A stretch of DNA of 64,000 nucleotides from Turneriella sp. (GCA_965279515.1 CBDIID010000003.1:2784001-2848000); one strand, 5' to 3'. Shown: positions 38,868 to 50,100, numbered from the stretch's first letter. The notes: generated by a model not told the origin, from the letters alone. Numbers and translations are program-made.

Positions 38868-39932
38868 TTACACCAACACCGCCGCGCCCTTAACCTGCGC
38901 GAAAACCTGCGCGCCGGCGATGAGGCCTAGGCTCTGCAGAGATTTGCGCGTGATGCGCGCGAGAACGATAGTTCCGCCCAGATCGAGCTTCAGTAATGCA
39001 AGGGGGATCTCCCCTTCGGAAATTTCCAGGATACGTGCCGGAAAAATGTTCACCACGCTGGTATCGGTGCCGTGACTGAGTGCAATACTGACATCGCTCG
39101 CCGCAACGCGCAGCTTTACACTTTCTCCCGGCGGCTTAGCAATGCGCGGAACAAGAAACTTACCTCCGGGAAAGGTTATCTCGCTGAGCTGCCATGCTTC
39201 ATCGTGAGAGACGACGATACCGGGGATAACCACTTCGGCCTCAGGACTTTTCGCGAGAGGCAGGTCCAACCGGGTGAGCATCCCGGTTGTCTCCCCCATG
39301 GCGGTAATTTTGCCCGCGTCGATCAGAATCATCTGATCGGCGAGGCGGGCAACCTCATCGAGTGCATGGCTGACATAAAGAATGGGGATGCCCATGCTAT
39401 CGGCAATATGTTCCAGAAGGGGATAGATACCGATACGCGCGGAAATATCGAGAGCCCCCAGGGGTTCATCCATCAGCAACAGTTGGGGCGAACTCAGCAG
39501 CGCACGCCCTAAGGCGATAAGCTGCCTCTCACCGCCGGAAAGATTTTGCGTACGGCGCCGCAGCAAATGGCCGATTTTCAACAGGTCAATGACCTGACCG
39601 GGCTGAAAACGCCGTTTGGCTATGGCGCGCCGACTGTATCCATAGAGAAGATTCTTTTCCACATTCAGGTGATCAAACAGATCAGCTTCCTGGAAAATAT
39701 ACCCTACGTGACGGCTGTGCGGGGGTACAAAGTGTTTTTTACTCTGCCAGTCCGAATCTCCGATCTGCAATATGCCATCGGCACGTTCGAGACCCACTAT
39801 CGCACGCAACAGCGAGGTTTTTCCGGAACCTGACGGCCCAAAGAGCGCGGTAATTCCGTTCAGAGGGAAATCCAACTGTGCATGCAACTCAAATGCACCC
39901 CGGGTCAGCTTCAGATCGGCGGTTAATTTCAT
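38868..39932 (-). CDS. modC: molybdate ABC transporter ATP-binding protein
   Basis: GPSGSGKT, LSGGERQ, LLMDEP and C-terminal TOBE domain (AQVKG). Confidence 0.93.
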   Translation of the reverse strand: MKLTADLKLTRGAFELHAQLDFPLNGITALFGPSGSGKTSLLRAIVGLERADGILQIGDSDWQSKKHFVPPHSRHVGYIFQEADLFDHLNVEKNLLYGYSRRAIAKRRFQPGQVIDLLKIGHLLRRRTQNLSGGERQLIALGRALLSSPQLLLMDEPLGALDISARIGIYPLLEHIADSMGIPILYVSHALDEVARLADQMILIDAGKITAMGETTGMLTRLDLPLAKSPEAEVVIPGIVVSHDEAWQLSEITFPGGKFLVPRIAKPPGESVKLRVAASDVSIALSHGTDTSVVNIFPARILEISEGEIPLALLKLDLGGTIVLARITRKSLQSLGLIAGAQVFAQVKGAAVLV

Positions 39933-39934
39933 TT

Positions 39935-40612
39935 TCAGATTTTGATCAAAATTTTGCGCCGACGCAGCACGTAGATCGTCAGCAAAATCAGAAAAGAAAA
40001 TATCACGAGCCCCAGTGCCAGGCGGTGCGCTTCTGTATAATGTAATGCTTCGACATGATTGTAGATCACCGTCGACAGCACCTGCGTGCGACCCGGAATA
40101 TTGCCGCCGATCATCAGTACAATACCGAATTCACCCAGCGTGTGCGCAAAAGTCAAAACAGCCGCAGTCAGGTAGGCTGGTCGTGCCAAGGGCAACGCCA
40201 CGGTCAGAAAACGGTTCAACGGCGATGCGCCGAGCGTTGCCGCGACTTCGAGCGGACGGCGCCCGATGGCCTCGAAGCCGTCTTTGAGCGGCCCAACGGC
40301 AAAGGGCAACGAATAGATAATCGAACCCACGACGAGCCCCGGAAAGGAAAACACCAGTTTTTCGCCGAAGATTTTTTCAAAAAACGCCCCGACGGGATTT
40401 GCAGGCGAGAACATCAGCAAAAGATAAAAACCCAGCACCGTGGGCGGCAAAACCAGCGGCAACGCGACGAGCGCTTCAGTAACAAGGCGTAACGGCGAGC
40501 GCGAATGCGCAAGCCACCATGCAATGGGTGTGGCAATGAGCAGTAGAAGGCATGTCGTCACACTGGCCAGCTTCAACGTTAAAAAAAGCGCACTCACATC
40601 ACTGCCGGACAC
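39935..40612 (-). CDS. modB: molybdate ABC transporter permease
   Basis: LPLVLPPTVLGFYLL and FAHTLGEFG. Confidence 0.93.
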   Translation of the reverse strand: MSGSDVSALFLTLKLASVTTCLLLLIATPIAWWLAHSRSPLRLVTEALVALPLVLPPTVLGFYLLLMFSPANPVGAFFEKIFGEKLVFSFPGLVVGSIIYSLPFAVGPLKDGFEAIGRRPLEVAATLGASPLNRFLTVALPLARPAYLTAAVLTFAHTLGEFGIVLMIGGNIPGRTQVLSTVIYNHVEALHYTEAHRLALGLVIFSFLILLTIYVLRRRKILIKI

Positions 40613-40668
40613 GGATGGGCAAATGTACTATTTATTTCACACGGAGTCCGCATTTTTTTAACTACACA

Positions 40669-41385
40669 ATGCGGGCCGAGCCTGTGCACATTTCCCCGGA
40701 ATCCATTATCCGCTATCGCGACCTGTGCCGCGTCTGCAACCGCTCACGCGCGACGTGTTTCTGCAAGTATACGACTCCGCTCAGAACAAACACACGTTTT
40801 ATTATTCTCATGCATCCCAAGGAATTCAAACGCCAGCGCACCGGAACCGGGCGCGTCACACGGTTATCGCTGCTCAACTCGGAAATCATCGTGGGTGCAG
40901 AATTTGGCGCCGATGCGAAATTAAGCGCAACCCTGAATGACCCGGCCTATTTTCCGCTGTTGCTTTTTCCTGGATTACATGCCATCCATGCCGCATCGGT
41001 CGAGTTTAGTTCCATGGTCTCGAATCGTCGACCCTTAGTCGTCATTGTGGATGCGACCTGGTCGAGCGCACGCAAGATGTTAAGGCTGAGCCCCAACCTG
41101 CAACAGCTGCCGCGACTCACGTTTAGAGAGGGGGACGTTTCGAAATTTGTCATCAAGCGGCAGCCCAATGCCGTTGCCCTGTCGACGATAGAAGCCGCTT
41201 ACCGGGTGCTAGACGAATTGAATGCGAATGGTTATGAAAATCTCGGAACTAAACACGATTCCCTGATGCGGACCCTCGAAGCAATTGTGGCATTTCAGAT
41301 CAAATGCGAGGCAGATCCGAATCTACCATCGCACCGCATCAAAAAACCGCTCAAAGCCCCTGAACAAAGTCACGCAGCTCTTTAA
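40669..41385 (+). CDS. DTW-domain tRNA-uridine aminocarboxypropyltransferase
   Basis: CRVC...CFC, HPKE, TGTG, VDATW and LSTIEA. Confidence 0.88.
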   Translation: MRAEPVHISPESIIRYRDLCRVCNRSRATCFCKYTTPLRTNTRFIILMHPKEFKRQRTGTGRVTRLSLLNSEIIVGAEFGADAKLSATLNDPAYFPLLLFPGLHAIHAASVEFSSMVSNRRPLVVIVDATWSSARKMLRLSPNLQQLPRLTFREGDVSKFVIKRQPNAVALSTIEAAYRVLDELNANGYENLGTKHDSLMRTLEAIVAFQIKCEADPNLPSHRIKKPLKAPEQSHAAL

Positions 41386-41884
41386 GGTAGTGGGTCTTCT
41401 TGCTGAGACTATCGATCATCAGGCAGCCTTCGATCGATGACAGAATAACAGTACTCAGAATTTTCGCTTCTTTATTAGTCTTGCCAAGCGCCATTATTTC
41501 GACCCTCAGCCAGTCACCGAGTGCACTGAAAAAATTCACAATGATGGTTTTCGCAGTATCTGAAATCTGAGCCGATTCGGCTGCCAAAATGCCGGCGGTG
41601 CACTGCCGGTCTTCGAGGTTATCTTCAATGAGATCAAAAACCTTTAACAGGCGGGCTTTGCCGGGTTTGAGTTTCTCCGTCTGTTCGCGGATCGCCGTAA
41701 ACATCGCTGCGGCATAGTTACGCGCGACCTCTTCGATGAGATCGTCTTTCTGCGGAAAATAATAATGCACACTCGATGACTTGATGCCGAGCCGGGCCGC
41801 GAGCTCACGGAAACTCAGGCTTGAAACGCCTTTTTCCTGCAGCTCGCGGTTCGCGAGAGTTAAGATCTCTTCTTTTTTACCCAT
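41351..41884 (-). CDS. TetR/AcrR family regulator
   Basis: SFRELAARLGIKSSSVHYYFPQKDDL HTH. Confidence 0.92.
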   Translation of the reverse strand: MGKKEEILTLANRELQEKGVSSLSFRELAARLGIKSSSVHYYFPQKDDLIEEVARNYAAAMFTAIREQTEKLKPGKARLLKVFDLIEDNLEDRQCTAGILAAESAQISDTAKTIIVNFFSALGDWLRVEIMALGKTNKEAKILSTVILSSIEGCLMIDSLSKKTHYLKELRDFVQGL

Positions 41885-41890
41885 ATGCGA

Positions 41891-43051
41891 TCAGCTTGCC
41901 AGCGGCTCCTCGACATAATGCGCCAGCACATTGTCGGTGACATTCTTGAGTTTTAACCGAACCTGTTGCACGCTTTGCACTCCTGCCCTGACCTTTTCAA
42001 AGAGCGCCTGACTGACAAGAATACCGCCGGGCCGGCAAGCCTTTTGCAACCGCGCGGCGATATTCACCGCATTGCCGATCAGCGTATTATCGCGCCGATC
42101 GACGCCGCCGACGTTCGCACGTATCGCCAGGCCGGCATTCATACCCATTGTTACCGAGAGCGTGCGCTTACCGGCGGCGGCGCGCTCGGCGTTCAGATTC
42201 GCCAGCATCGTACGGATGGCGAGCGCCGTACGCACAGCAGCCTGATCGTCATGGAAAATACAAAACAGCTGGTCGCCGACAAATTTATCGATGTCACCAC
42301 CTTTGGCAAAAACGACATCAACAATCGGTTTGAAGTACGCGTTGAGGAGTTCCACTGTGGCGGATGGCCCCAACTCTTCACTGAGGCGTGTAAAACCGAC
42401 GACGTCGAGAAAGAGATAGGTCGCATCGACCTCTTCATCGTGGATATCCAGGCGGCCGTTTTCGACGCTCAGGTCGGCGCGCTCCCAGACGCTGCGCGAG
42501 GTATAACGTTTCATCAGGTTTTCGAGCGAGATTGCCTTGCGCGTTGTTTTAGCGAGCGCACCGAGATTATGCCTGAGCTCAATCTGCGACATCGCCTGAC
42601 GCGCAAGCATCTTGAGCCTCTTCAGCTGTTCTTCAGAAATTTCACGCGGTTTGTTATCAATCACACACAGCGTGCCCAGATTGTGGCCATCGCTGGTTCT
42701 CAGGGGAGTGCCGGCGTAAAAGCGCACACTTTTCTCCGCATCGACGACGCCGTGCTGAAAGCGGGCATCGGCGCTGGTGTCGGGAATAACCATAGCGTCG
42801 TCACCGAGAATCGTGTGCGCGCAGAAGGCGCCCTGCCGCGGCGTCTGTGGCGTATCAAAACCGACGTTGGATTTAATCCAGACACGGTCTTTGTCAACGA
42901 GGCTGATCAGGCTCACGGGTGAGCCGGTGATATCAGCTGCCAGGCGGGTTAGATCGTCGAACAGCTCTTCTTTTTCGCTATCGAGAATATCATAGCGCCT
43001 GAGCGCGGCAAGACGGGCATCTTCGTTTACGGGAATGGGGGTACTCAGCAT
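41891..43051 (-). CDS. GAF-domain adenylate/guanylate cyclase
   Basis: GGAGGA RBS before ATG 43051. GAF domain (RFYAGTPL, LGTLCVID), then FLDVVGFT, DKFVGD and GNAVNIAARLQ. Confidence 0.92.
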   Translation of the reverse strand: MLSTPIPVNEDARLAALRRYDILDSEKEELFDDLTRLAADITGSPVSLISLVDKDRVWIKSNVGFDTPQTPRQGAFCAHTILGDDAMVIPDTSADARFQHGVVDAEKSVRFYAGTPLRTSDGHNLGTLCVIDNKPREISEEQLKRLKMLARQAMSQIELRHNLGALAKTTRKAISLENLMKRYTSRSVWERADLSVENGRLDIHDEEVDATYLFLDVVGFTRLSEELGPSATVELLNAYFKPIVDVVFAKGGDIDKFVGDQLFCIFHDDQAAVRTALAIRTMLANLNAERAAAGKRTLSVTMGMNAGLAIRANVGGVDRRDNTLIGNAVNIAARLQKACRPGGILVSQALFEKVRAGVQSVQQVRLKLKNVTDNVLAHYVEEPLAS

Positions 43052-43070
43052 GGTTAAATCCTCCGGAATT

Positions 43071-43148
43071 CTATCTACTGGTAGATAGTTTAACCACAAA
43101 TACATCTGTCGGCAAATTTTTTATCTATCAGTAGATAGGGTAAGTCAA
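43071..43148 (-). promoter_or_regulatory. two palindromic operators (probable TetR sites) and -35 box
   Basis: CTATCTAC-TG-GTAGATAG (43071-43088) and TTATCTAT-CA-GTAGATAG (43121-43138). Minus-strand TTGACT at 43148-43143. Confidence 0.75.
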
Positions 43149-43150
43149 GA

Positions 43151-43879
43151 CTACGGTACCGTGTACCCAAAGGTGCGGATGGTTTTCTTCGCGGCGGGGC
43201 TCCGCAGAAACTGCATGAACTCCCTGGCCGCAGCGGTGTCTTTCAACAAGATGGCTTCCTGTGTCAGGGGTGTATAGCTATCTTGAGGAATGATAAAGCT
43301 TGAACCCGCGGAAATCTGCGAAAGGGCCACAAAACCCATCTCAGAGGCACCTGAGGCAACAAAATGGTGGGTTTGGCCGATATCCTGGCCCATGACAATG
43401 CGGCCCTGTAGTTTCTCCCAGAGTCCCACAGCGAGCAGATACTCCTTCGCTGCCTGACCATACGGCGCCACATCGGGGTTTGCGATCGCCAGGGAACGGA
43501 AATTCTGACCTTGCAGCACTTTGCCATTTGCATCCACAAAATTCCCGCGGGGGCTCCATAATACGAGTTTGCCGGTCGCATAGTGAAATCGTGTATTTTT
43601 TATGCCGAAACCTGCCGATTCGAGCAAGCGCGGATGTTTCGCGTCGGCAGCTAGAAAAACATCAAAGGGCGCTCCGTTCCTGATTTGCAGGTAGAATTTT
43701 CCGGTCGAGCCGGATATGGCGGTGAACTTGTGCTGGTATTGTTTTTTAAACCCGGGCGCCAGGGCGTTCAAGGCATCGCTAAAATTGGCTGCCACCGCAA
43801 TCCGCAGTTCCTCTGCGGCCAAGCCACCGCTCATTACGGTGAAAATGGCAATCACCGCGGTCATCCAAATCGAGCGCAT
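43151..43879 (-). CDS. modA: molybdate ABC transporter substrate-binding protein
   Basis: IAVAANF, SGSTGK, GAPFDVFLAAD and ANPDVAPYG. Confidence 0.93.
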   Translation of the reverse strand: MRSIWMTAVIAIFTVMSGGLAAEELRIAVAANFSDALNALAPGFKKQYQHKFTAISGSTGKFYLQIRNGAPFDVFLAADAKHPRLLESAGFGIKNTRFHYATGKLVLWSPRGNFVDANGKVLQGQNFRSLAIANPDVAPYGQAAKEYLLAVGLWEKLQGRIVMGQDIGQTHHFVASGASEMGFVALSQISAGSSFIIPQDSYTPLTQEAILLKDTAAAREFMQFLRSPAAKKTIRTFGYTVP

Positions 43880-43957
43880 TTTTCCTGAATGAGCTGCAGG
43901 GTACATTGGCAACCGGATTCCTGTTTGACGTGCACATGCTTGCCGGTTTGCTGTCGT

Positions 43958-45679
43958 ATGCGACGAATACTCATCGCGGGTGTTTCGTTGCTCATCTTCG
44001 GCTGCCAGTCGTGGAACCGGTTCTGGGAAGTCGGGGCCATGGGAGGCAATGTTACGGGAGTATATTATCCTGTTACGGCCCGTCTCAATAGCATTGCAGA
44101 ATCACAGGTTATCACTAAAGGGCAGGCGCGTTACGCTTTTGAAAAAACCATTCTAACCGGTTCGGGCTTCAGCATCGATGTGGAGAATACGGCTTTCGCG
44201 CAAACCTGCAGCGTCGATAATTCCCGCGGCATAGCCGCCACGGGAAATAATGGCAATAATATCTTCTGCACCAATGCATTCTACGGCTTTTACGGAACCG
44301 CCGGCAGCGAACAGTTTAATGGTATAGCCGCAACTTCTGATAGCGGCACCGTGGTCGCTGGCAGCACCACCAGTGACATTGTCTTCACTTCAGCTGCACC
44401 CGCAAGTCCCGTGGGTGCTGCGCATTCGGGCGGGGGCGTCGGCGACATTTTTGTGATGAAACTCAACAACATTGGTGAAGTGGAATGGTATAACTACTTT
44501 GGGACGACGGCGGTCATAGAAAGCGCGGCGGGAATTGCCGCGACACCCGACGGGGGTTTTGTTGTGATCGGCAGCGCAGCCAATGGTTTTATTTCTCCCA
44601 TGCATGGCCTGAATCCGGTCTGCGCGCATAGCGCTGGTGGCACGGGTGATATTATCGTGATCAAACTGAGCCCGCAGGGTGCCCTGCAATGGTATACCTT
44701 TCTGGGCGCGGCGGCGAGCGGAGAGAGTGCCGTCGCGATTACTGTGGCGGGTGATGGCAGCATCTACACCCTGGGTAACGGCAACTCAGCGAACCTTTGC
44801 GGGGGTACGGTAAACCCGATCAATGTACAGACAGGTACGGGCGATATGAACGTGGTGAAACTGGACAGTAACGGCAATATCGTGTTTTACGAATATATTG
44901 GCGGCAATGGCGGTGACACACCCCTGGCCATCACCGCCACACCCGACAACGGCTTTATTGTCGGTGGTAGCGTGCAGTCATCCACAGGAATGACGAATGC
45001 TTCGAACATGCCTGGCCCATGCCTGAATAGCTTCGCAGGCAATCTCGACGGTATCATCGTACGCGTAAACTCCTCAGGTACAGGCCTGTGGTGCTTCTAC
45101 CTGGGCGAGGCCGCTGGTATTGACCAGGTCACTGGTGTCCGAATCGCCAGCGATAACAGTATTATCGTTGCGGGGCAATCCAGCGCGGCACTGAATTTAG
45201 TTTCCTGGTCAGTACAACCGACCCCGCTGCTTGCGCACTCAGGTAGCACCGATATCTTCGTCACAAAACTTTCGCTGAGTGGCGTACCCCAATGGCTCAC
45301 CTACCTGGGCAGCGCCGCGGCTGAAACAGCGGGGCAAATTGCTGCCACTTACGATGGCGGCCTCGTGGTCATAGGGCAGGCGCCGACGAGTTTCGCCTCC
45401 ATGGGGGGATTAACCCCGTTGAACAACCATGCGGGTGGTACCGACTGGATGCAGACGAAACTGAGTACCACAGGTGCTTTGCAGTGGTTTCAGTTTCTCG
45501 GTTCAGGTGTGGCTGATACTGCCTTAAGCGTCACCGAAACTGCCGACCGGAGTATTGCGGTGAGCGGGTCTTTCAGCGCGACAGTGCCGACCCTCAAAGG
45601 CCTCACACCGAAAAACGCCTATGCCGGTGCCGGTACGGACGCAACGGTCATCAAGCTTAACCCCAGCGGTGGCATCTAA
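43958..45679 (+). CDS. lipoprotein with beta-propeller (SBBP-like) repeats
   Basis: Lipobox IFGC. Repeated DIFVxKLxxxGxxxWxxxLG units. Confidence 0.82.
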   Translation: MRRILIAGVSLLIFGCQSWNRFWEVGAMGGNVTGVYYPVTARLNSIAESQVITKGQARYAFEKTILTGSGFSIDVENTAFAQTCSVDNSRGIAATGNNGNNIFCTNAFYGFYGTAGSEQFNGIAATSDSGTVVAGSTTSDIVFTSAAPASPVGAAHSGGGVGDIFVMKLNNIGEVEWYNYFGTTAVIESAAGIAATPDGGFVVIGSAANGFISPMHGLNPVCAHSAGGTGDIIVIKLSPQGALQWYTFLGAAASGESAVAITVAGDGSIYTLGNGNSANLCGGTVNPINVQTGTGDMNVVKLDSNGNIVFYEYIGGNGGDTPLAITATPDNGFIVGGSVQSSTGMTNASNMPGPCLNSFAGNLDGIIVRVNSSGTGLWCFYLGEAAGIDQVTGVRIASDNSIIVAGQSSAALNLVSWSVQPTPLLAHSGSTDIFVTKLSLSGVPQWLTYLGSAAAETAGQIAATYDGGLVVIGQAPTSFASMGGLTPLNNHAGGTDWMQTKLSTTGALQWFQFLGSGVADTALSVTETADRSIAVSGSFSATVPTLKGLTPKNAYAGAGTDATVIKLNPSGGI

Positions 45680-48401
45680 GCCTGCCCCGGAATTTTCTGC
45701 ACCATCAGGTAGCGCCAGAGAGAACTGAAAACCACGAATACTCCCAGTGCTGCAAAAATCCAGCGGAACTCAGGCCAGGCCAGGGGTTGCGTGTGCAGGA
45801 AAAGGTTGAGCTGGGGAATGTAGATGATCGCCAGCATTGCCACCAGCGAGATCAGAATTCCCAAAAACAGCCGGGGGTTCGAGAATGTATAACGACTGAA
45901 AATATTCTCGTTCGTGCGCAGATAAAAGATACTGACAAATTGCGTCAGCACGATGGTCACAAATGTGGATGTCAGGCCCGTTTCCCAGGCGCCGGGTTTG
46001 CCCTTGAGGTTGTGAAAGACCATGAGGCAGACTGCGGTGGCCAGGGCCCCGCGCATGATGCCCGAGACCAGTACGGTATAGATCCGCGTTTTATCGAGCA
46101 ACGCACCTTTCTGCCGCGGCGGCCGCTGCATCTCTCGCGGGTCTGCCGGATCATACGTCAGCATGAGCAGCGGAATCATTTCACCCACAAGATCCACCAG
46201 CAGAATCTGGACGGGTAGAATAATCGGTGGGATGCAAAAGGGATCAAAGCAAAGCCTGCAAGCACGCAGAGCAATTCTGTGAAGTTCGAAGAAAGCGTGG
46301 CGATGACATTGGTCTGCAGGTTGCGGAAAATTGTGCGCCCCTCACGGATCGCAGCGACGATCGTGGCAAAACTGTTGTCGAGCAGCACGAGGCTTGCTGC
46401 CTCTTGCGCCACCTTGCTGCCATTGTGGCCCATCGCCACGCCGATATCGGCGCGCTTCAGGCTCAAGGTATCGTTGACCCCGTCGCCCGTTACGGACACG
46501 ACATCGCCGCGTTTCTGCAGCGTGCCCACGATGCGCAGCTTTTCATCCGGTGAGACGCGCGAGAAAACAACCGAGCGGCTGGCCAAAACCTCTGAAAGCG
46601 CGGCATCATCCATCGCGACAAGTTTGTCGCGGTTGATAACCTGGATCGGTTGCGGCAGGCCATCTTGCATGCCGATCGCAATCGCGATGGTGCGCGCCGT
46701 CGCTTCATGGTCACCTGTAATCATCATCGTGCGGATGCCCGCCGTGTGCGCGGCGGCGACGGCGGCCTTCACCTCTTCGCGCGGCGGATCGATCATCGTG
46801 ACAAAACCGGAAAATACCAGGTTCGATTCGGCAGTTTGCTGCGTCAGCTCTTCATCGGCTGAAAGATCGCGGTAAGCGATCGCAATGACGCGCAACGCCT
46901 GTGCAGAATAGGCGCGCGAAACAGCGAGCAGCTCTTCGCGGTCGCGCTCCGCCATAGGTTTGACACTGCCGTCGACACATTGCCCGGCACACAGCGGCAG
47001 CAGCGATTCAATCGAACCCTTCACGAACGAGATGCGTTTGCCGCGGTGCTCGCGGATAATGGAAATTCTTTTGCGTTCAGAATCGAAGGGGAAAAGACGG
47101 ATTCTCGGATACGCGGCCAGAACCTCTTCGGGTTTAAAGCCCGCCTTCATGAGCAAGGTCGCGAACGCCGCTTCTGTGGGATCTCCCAGCGCGTAATAGT
47201 CGTTGTGGAATTCATCGGGCGCATTGACGCTGCCGGTGGAAGAGAGAAACCCCGCAAGAAAAAGAATCTTCTGATCACCCAGGGTGTTGGGATTCATCAC
47301 GCGCCCGGACTCCTCGAAAATTTCGCCGCCCGGATTGTACCCGGTGCCTGTGATCTTATAATTTTCACCCTCAAAAAAAGCAGAGGTGATTGTCATCTGG
47401 TTCTTCGTGACGGTACCCGTCTTGTCGGTGGCGATGACCGTCGCGGCGCCCAATGCCTCGACCGAAGAGAGGCGTTTGACAACCGCCTTTTTTCGCGCCA
47501 GACGCGCCACCCCGAGGGATAATCCCATCGAAATTTGCGCCGGCAGGCCCTCGGGCACCATCGCCGCCGCCACACTCACGGCAAAGACCAGCGCTGTCTT
47601 GAGGGGTTCGTCGCGCCAGATCTGGATCAGAAAAAGCAACACGGCAAGGGAAAGCGAAAAGCGCGTGATATAGACTCCCAGCCGGTTGAGCTCCTTTTGT
47701 AGGGGAGAGACTTCGCGGTTCATACTCTCTGACGTGCTCGCAATCTTACCGAGCTCGGTGTGATCTCCCGTTTCACACACGACCGCCGTCGCTTCGCCGC
47801 GCGCCAGTGAAGTGCCGAAGAAGACGTAGTTGAGCCGGTCGGGCAGGGGGATATCCGCCTGCGTCTCAAAGCCGGGATCTTTTTGCGCGGGGACAGATTC
47901 GCCCGAAAGCGCAAACTCATTCGCCATGAGGCTCTCTGCCTCGATCAGCCGGCAGTCGGCGGGTACCCCGTCGCCCTCTTGCAGAAAAATAATATCGCCC
48001 GGCACCAGCGACGATGCCGGCACTTCGATACGGTGGCCGTTTCTGACCGCAATGGCGTTTTCACTGACCATGCTGCCCAGGCGCGCGACAATATTCTCGG
48101 ATTTCCAGTCCTGCAAAAAGCCGACCACGGCGTTTACGACGACGATCACCATCAGTACGATGCCGTCGTTGACCGAGCCCAGGATAAAAGAAATCACCGC
48201 CGCGATAAAAAGCAGGACTACCAGCAGGTTGGCAAACTGCTCGATCAGCACCTGGAGCATGGTGCGCCCCGGGCGGGCTGTAATCACGTTGGGTCCGTGG
48301 CTGGCGAGACGGCGCTGGGCCTCGTCGGAAGCAAGGCCGGTAAGCGAATTTGTCTGGAAGGCGGAAATGACGGCGGCAAGGGCGCCCTGGTAATTGGCCA
48401 T
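45676..48401 (-). pseudogene. cation-transporting P-type ATPase (Ca/Na-type), split by a single frameshift near 46235
   Basis: DKTGT, MITGDH and TGDGVND in 46176-48401. The reading continues IPPIILPVQILLVDLVGEM in another frame into 45676-46197. Confidence 0.85.
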
Positions 48402-48485
48402 ATTAAAAAAGCGGCGCTAAGAGCTTGCACGTCAACTCAGAAAAGTGCTTGCGGTGAGCTTTAAAAAAAAGGAGTTTGAGATATT

Positions 48486-50078
48486 ATGTTTAACTTACCG
48501 GCAGGCTTGCAAATTAAAGACGAGGCAGTCCATAAATCGGGCGAAGCTTTCAAACAAATTCTTACTAAAGAGGCGTTGGAGTTCGTCGCCGCACTCTCGC
48601 GCCAGTTCGAAAGCCGCCGGCAAGAACTGCTCGCAGCCCGTGTTGCGCGCGCTCAGCGCCTCGAAGCGGGTGAGAAACCCGACTTTCTGAAAGACACGCA
48701 GAAAATCCGGGAATCCGACTGGGTGGTGGCAAAGTTGCCGAAAGACCTCGAATGCCGCCGCGTCGAAATCACTGGGCCGGTCGACCGCAAAATGGTAATC
48801 AATGCTCTGAACTCAGGCGCCGACAGCTACATGACCGACTTCGAAGACTCGAACACACCTAACTGGCAGAACCAGATCCAGGGCCAGATTAATCTTGGCG
48901 ATGCGATTCGCCGCCGCATCGATTTTGAATCGGGTGGCAAACAATACAAACTTGCCGAAAAACCCGCAACCTTACTGGTGCGCCCGCGCGGCTGGCACCT
49001 CGATGAAAAACATGTCGAGGTGGATGGCAAGCGTATCTCGGGCGGACTTTTTGACTTCGGCCTCTTTTTCTTCCACAACGCGAAAGAACTTTTGAGCCGC
49101 GGCAGCGGCCCGTATTTTTATCTGCCGAAAATGGAATCCCACCTCGAAGCACGGCTATGGAACGATGTGTTCGTCTTTGCACAAACGGCGCTGGGTATTC
49201 CGCAGGGGTCTATCCGCGCGACGGTTCTCATCGAAACGATTCTCGCCGCCTTCGAGATGGATGAAATTCTGTACGAACTTAAAGACCACAGCGCCGGCCT
49301 CAACGCCGGCCGCTGGGATTATATCTTCTCGTGCATCAAGAAGTTCAAGAACGACAAAAACTTTTGCCTCGCGAACCGCGCGCTTGTCACGATGACATCC
49401 CCTTTCATGCGCAGCTATGCACTGCTGCTGCTCAAGACCTGCCACAGGCGCGGCGCGCCGGCGATTGGCGGTATGAGTGCGCTGATACCGATCAAGAATG
49501 ACGCAGCAGCCAATGAGAAGGCTCTGGGTGGCGTGCGGAACGATAAAGCGCGCGACGCCAGCGACGGCTATGACGGCGGCTGGGTGGCACACCCGGGTCT
49601 CGTACCGATCGCAATGGAAGAATGGAAAAAAGTGCTGGGCGACAAACCTAACCAGATCGGCAAGCAGCGCCCTGATGTGAATGTCGTCGCCGGCGATCTC
49701 ATGAGTTTTCAACCCGAAGGCCCGATCACGGAACAAGGACTTAGCTATAATATCAACGTGGGCATACACTATCTCGGCTCGTGGCTGGCTGGTAACGGCT
49801 GCGTGCCGATACACAATCTCATGGAAGACGCCGCAACCGCTGAGATCTCACGCTCACAGGTCTGGCAATGGATTCGTTCAGAAAAAGGCAAGCTCGACGA
49901 CGGCCGCAAGATTACGGCGGAGCTGGTGAAATCGATGGTGCCGGGTGAGCTGGCGAAGGTTAAAGAGATCACGGGCGGCGGGGCGACGTATGACGACGCG
50001 GCGAAAATTTTCGTCGAGATGTCGACATCCGACGGGTTTGCAGAGTTTCTGACCCTGCCGCTTTACGAGAGAATTTAG
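48486..50078 (+). CDS. aceB: malate synthase A
   Basis: [30 protein letters not shown] and [12 protein letters not shown]. Confidence 0.96.
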   Translation: MFNLPAGLQIKDEAVHKSGEAFKQILTKEALEFVAALSRQFESRRQELLAARVARAQRLEAGEKPDFLKDTQKIRESDWVVAKLPKDLECRRVEITGPVDRKMVINALNSGADSYMTDFEDSNTPNWQNQIQGQINLGDAIRRRIDFESGGKQYKLAEKPATLLVRPRGWHLDEKHVEVDGKRISGGLFDFGLFFFHNAKELLSRGSGPYFYLPKMESHLEARLWNDVFVFAQTALGIPQGSIRATVLIETILAAFEMDEILYELKDHSAGLNAGRWDYIFSCIKKFKNDKNFCLANRALVTMTSPFMRSYALLLLKTCHRRGAPAIGGMSALIPIKNDAAANEKALGGVRNDKARDASDGYDGGWVAHPGLVPIAMEEWKKVLGDKPNQIGKQRPDVNVVAGDLMSFQPEGPITEQGLSYNINVGIHYLGSWLAGNGCVPIHNLMEDAATAEISRSQVWQWIRSEKGKLDDGRKITAELVKSMVPGELAKVKEITGGGATYDDAAKIFVEMSTSDGFAEFLTLPLYERI

Positions 50079-50100
50079 AAGCGCGTCGGCGTTTAGCGAA

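Noticed and set aside
41966..42922. 318-aa plus-strand ORF, and similar long antisense ORFs (453-1007, 12230-12901, 25358-26038, 49155-49814)
   Set aside because: Shadow ORFs opposite well-supported genes, with no motifs.
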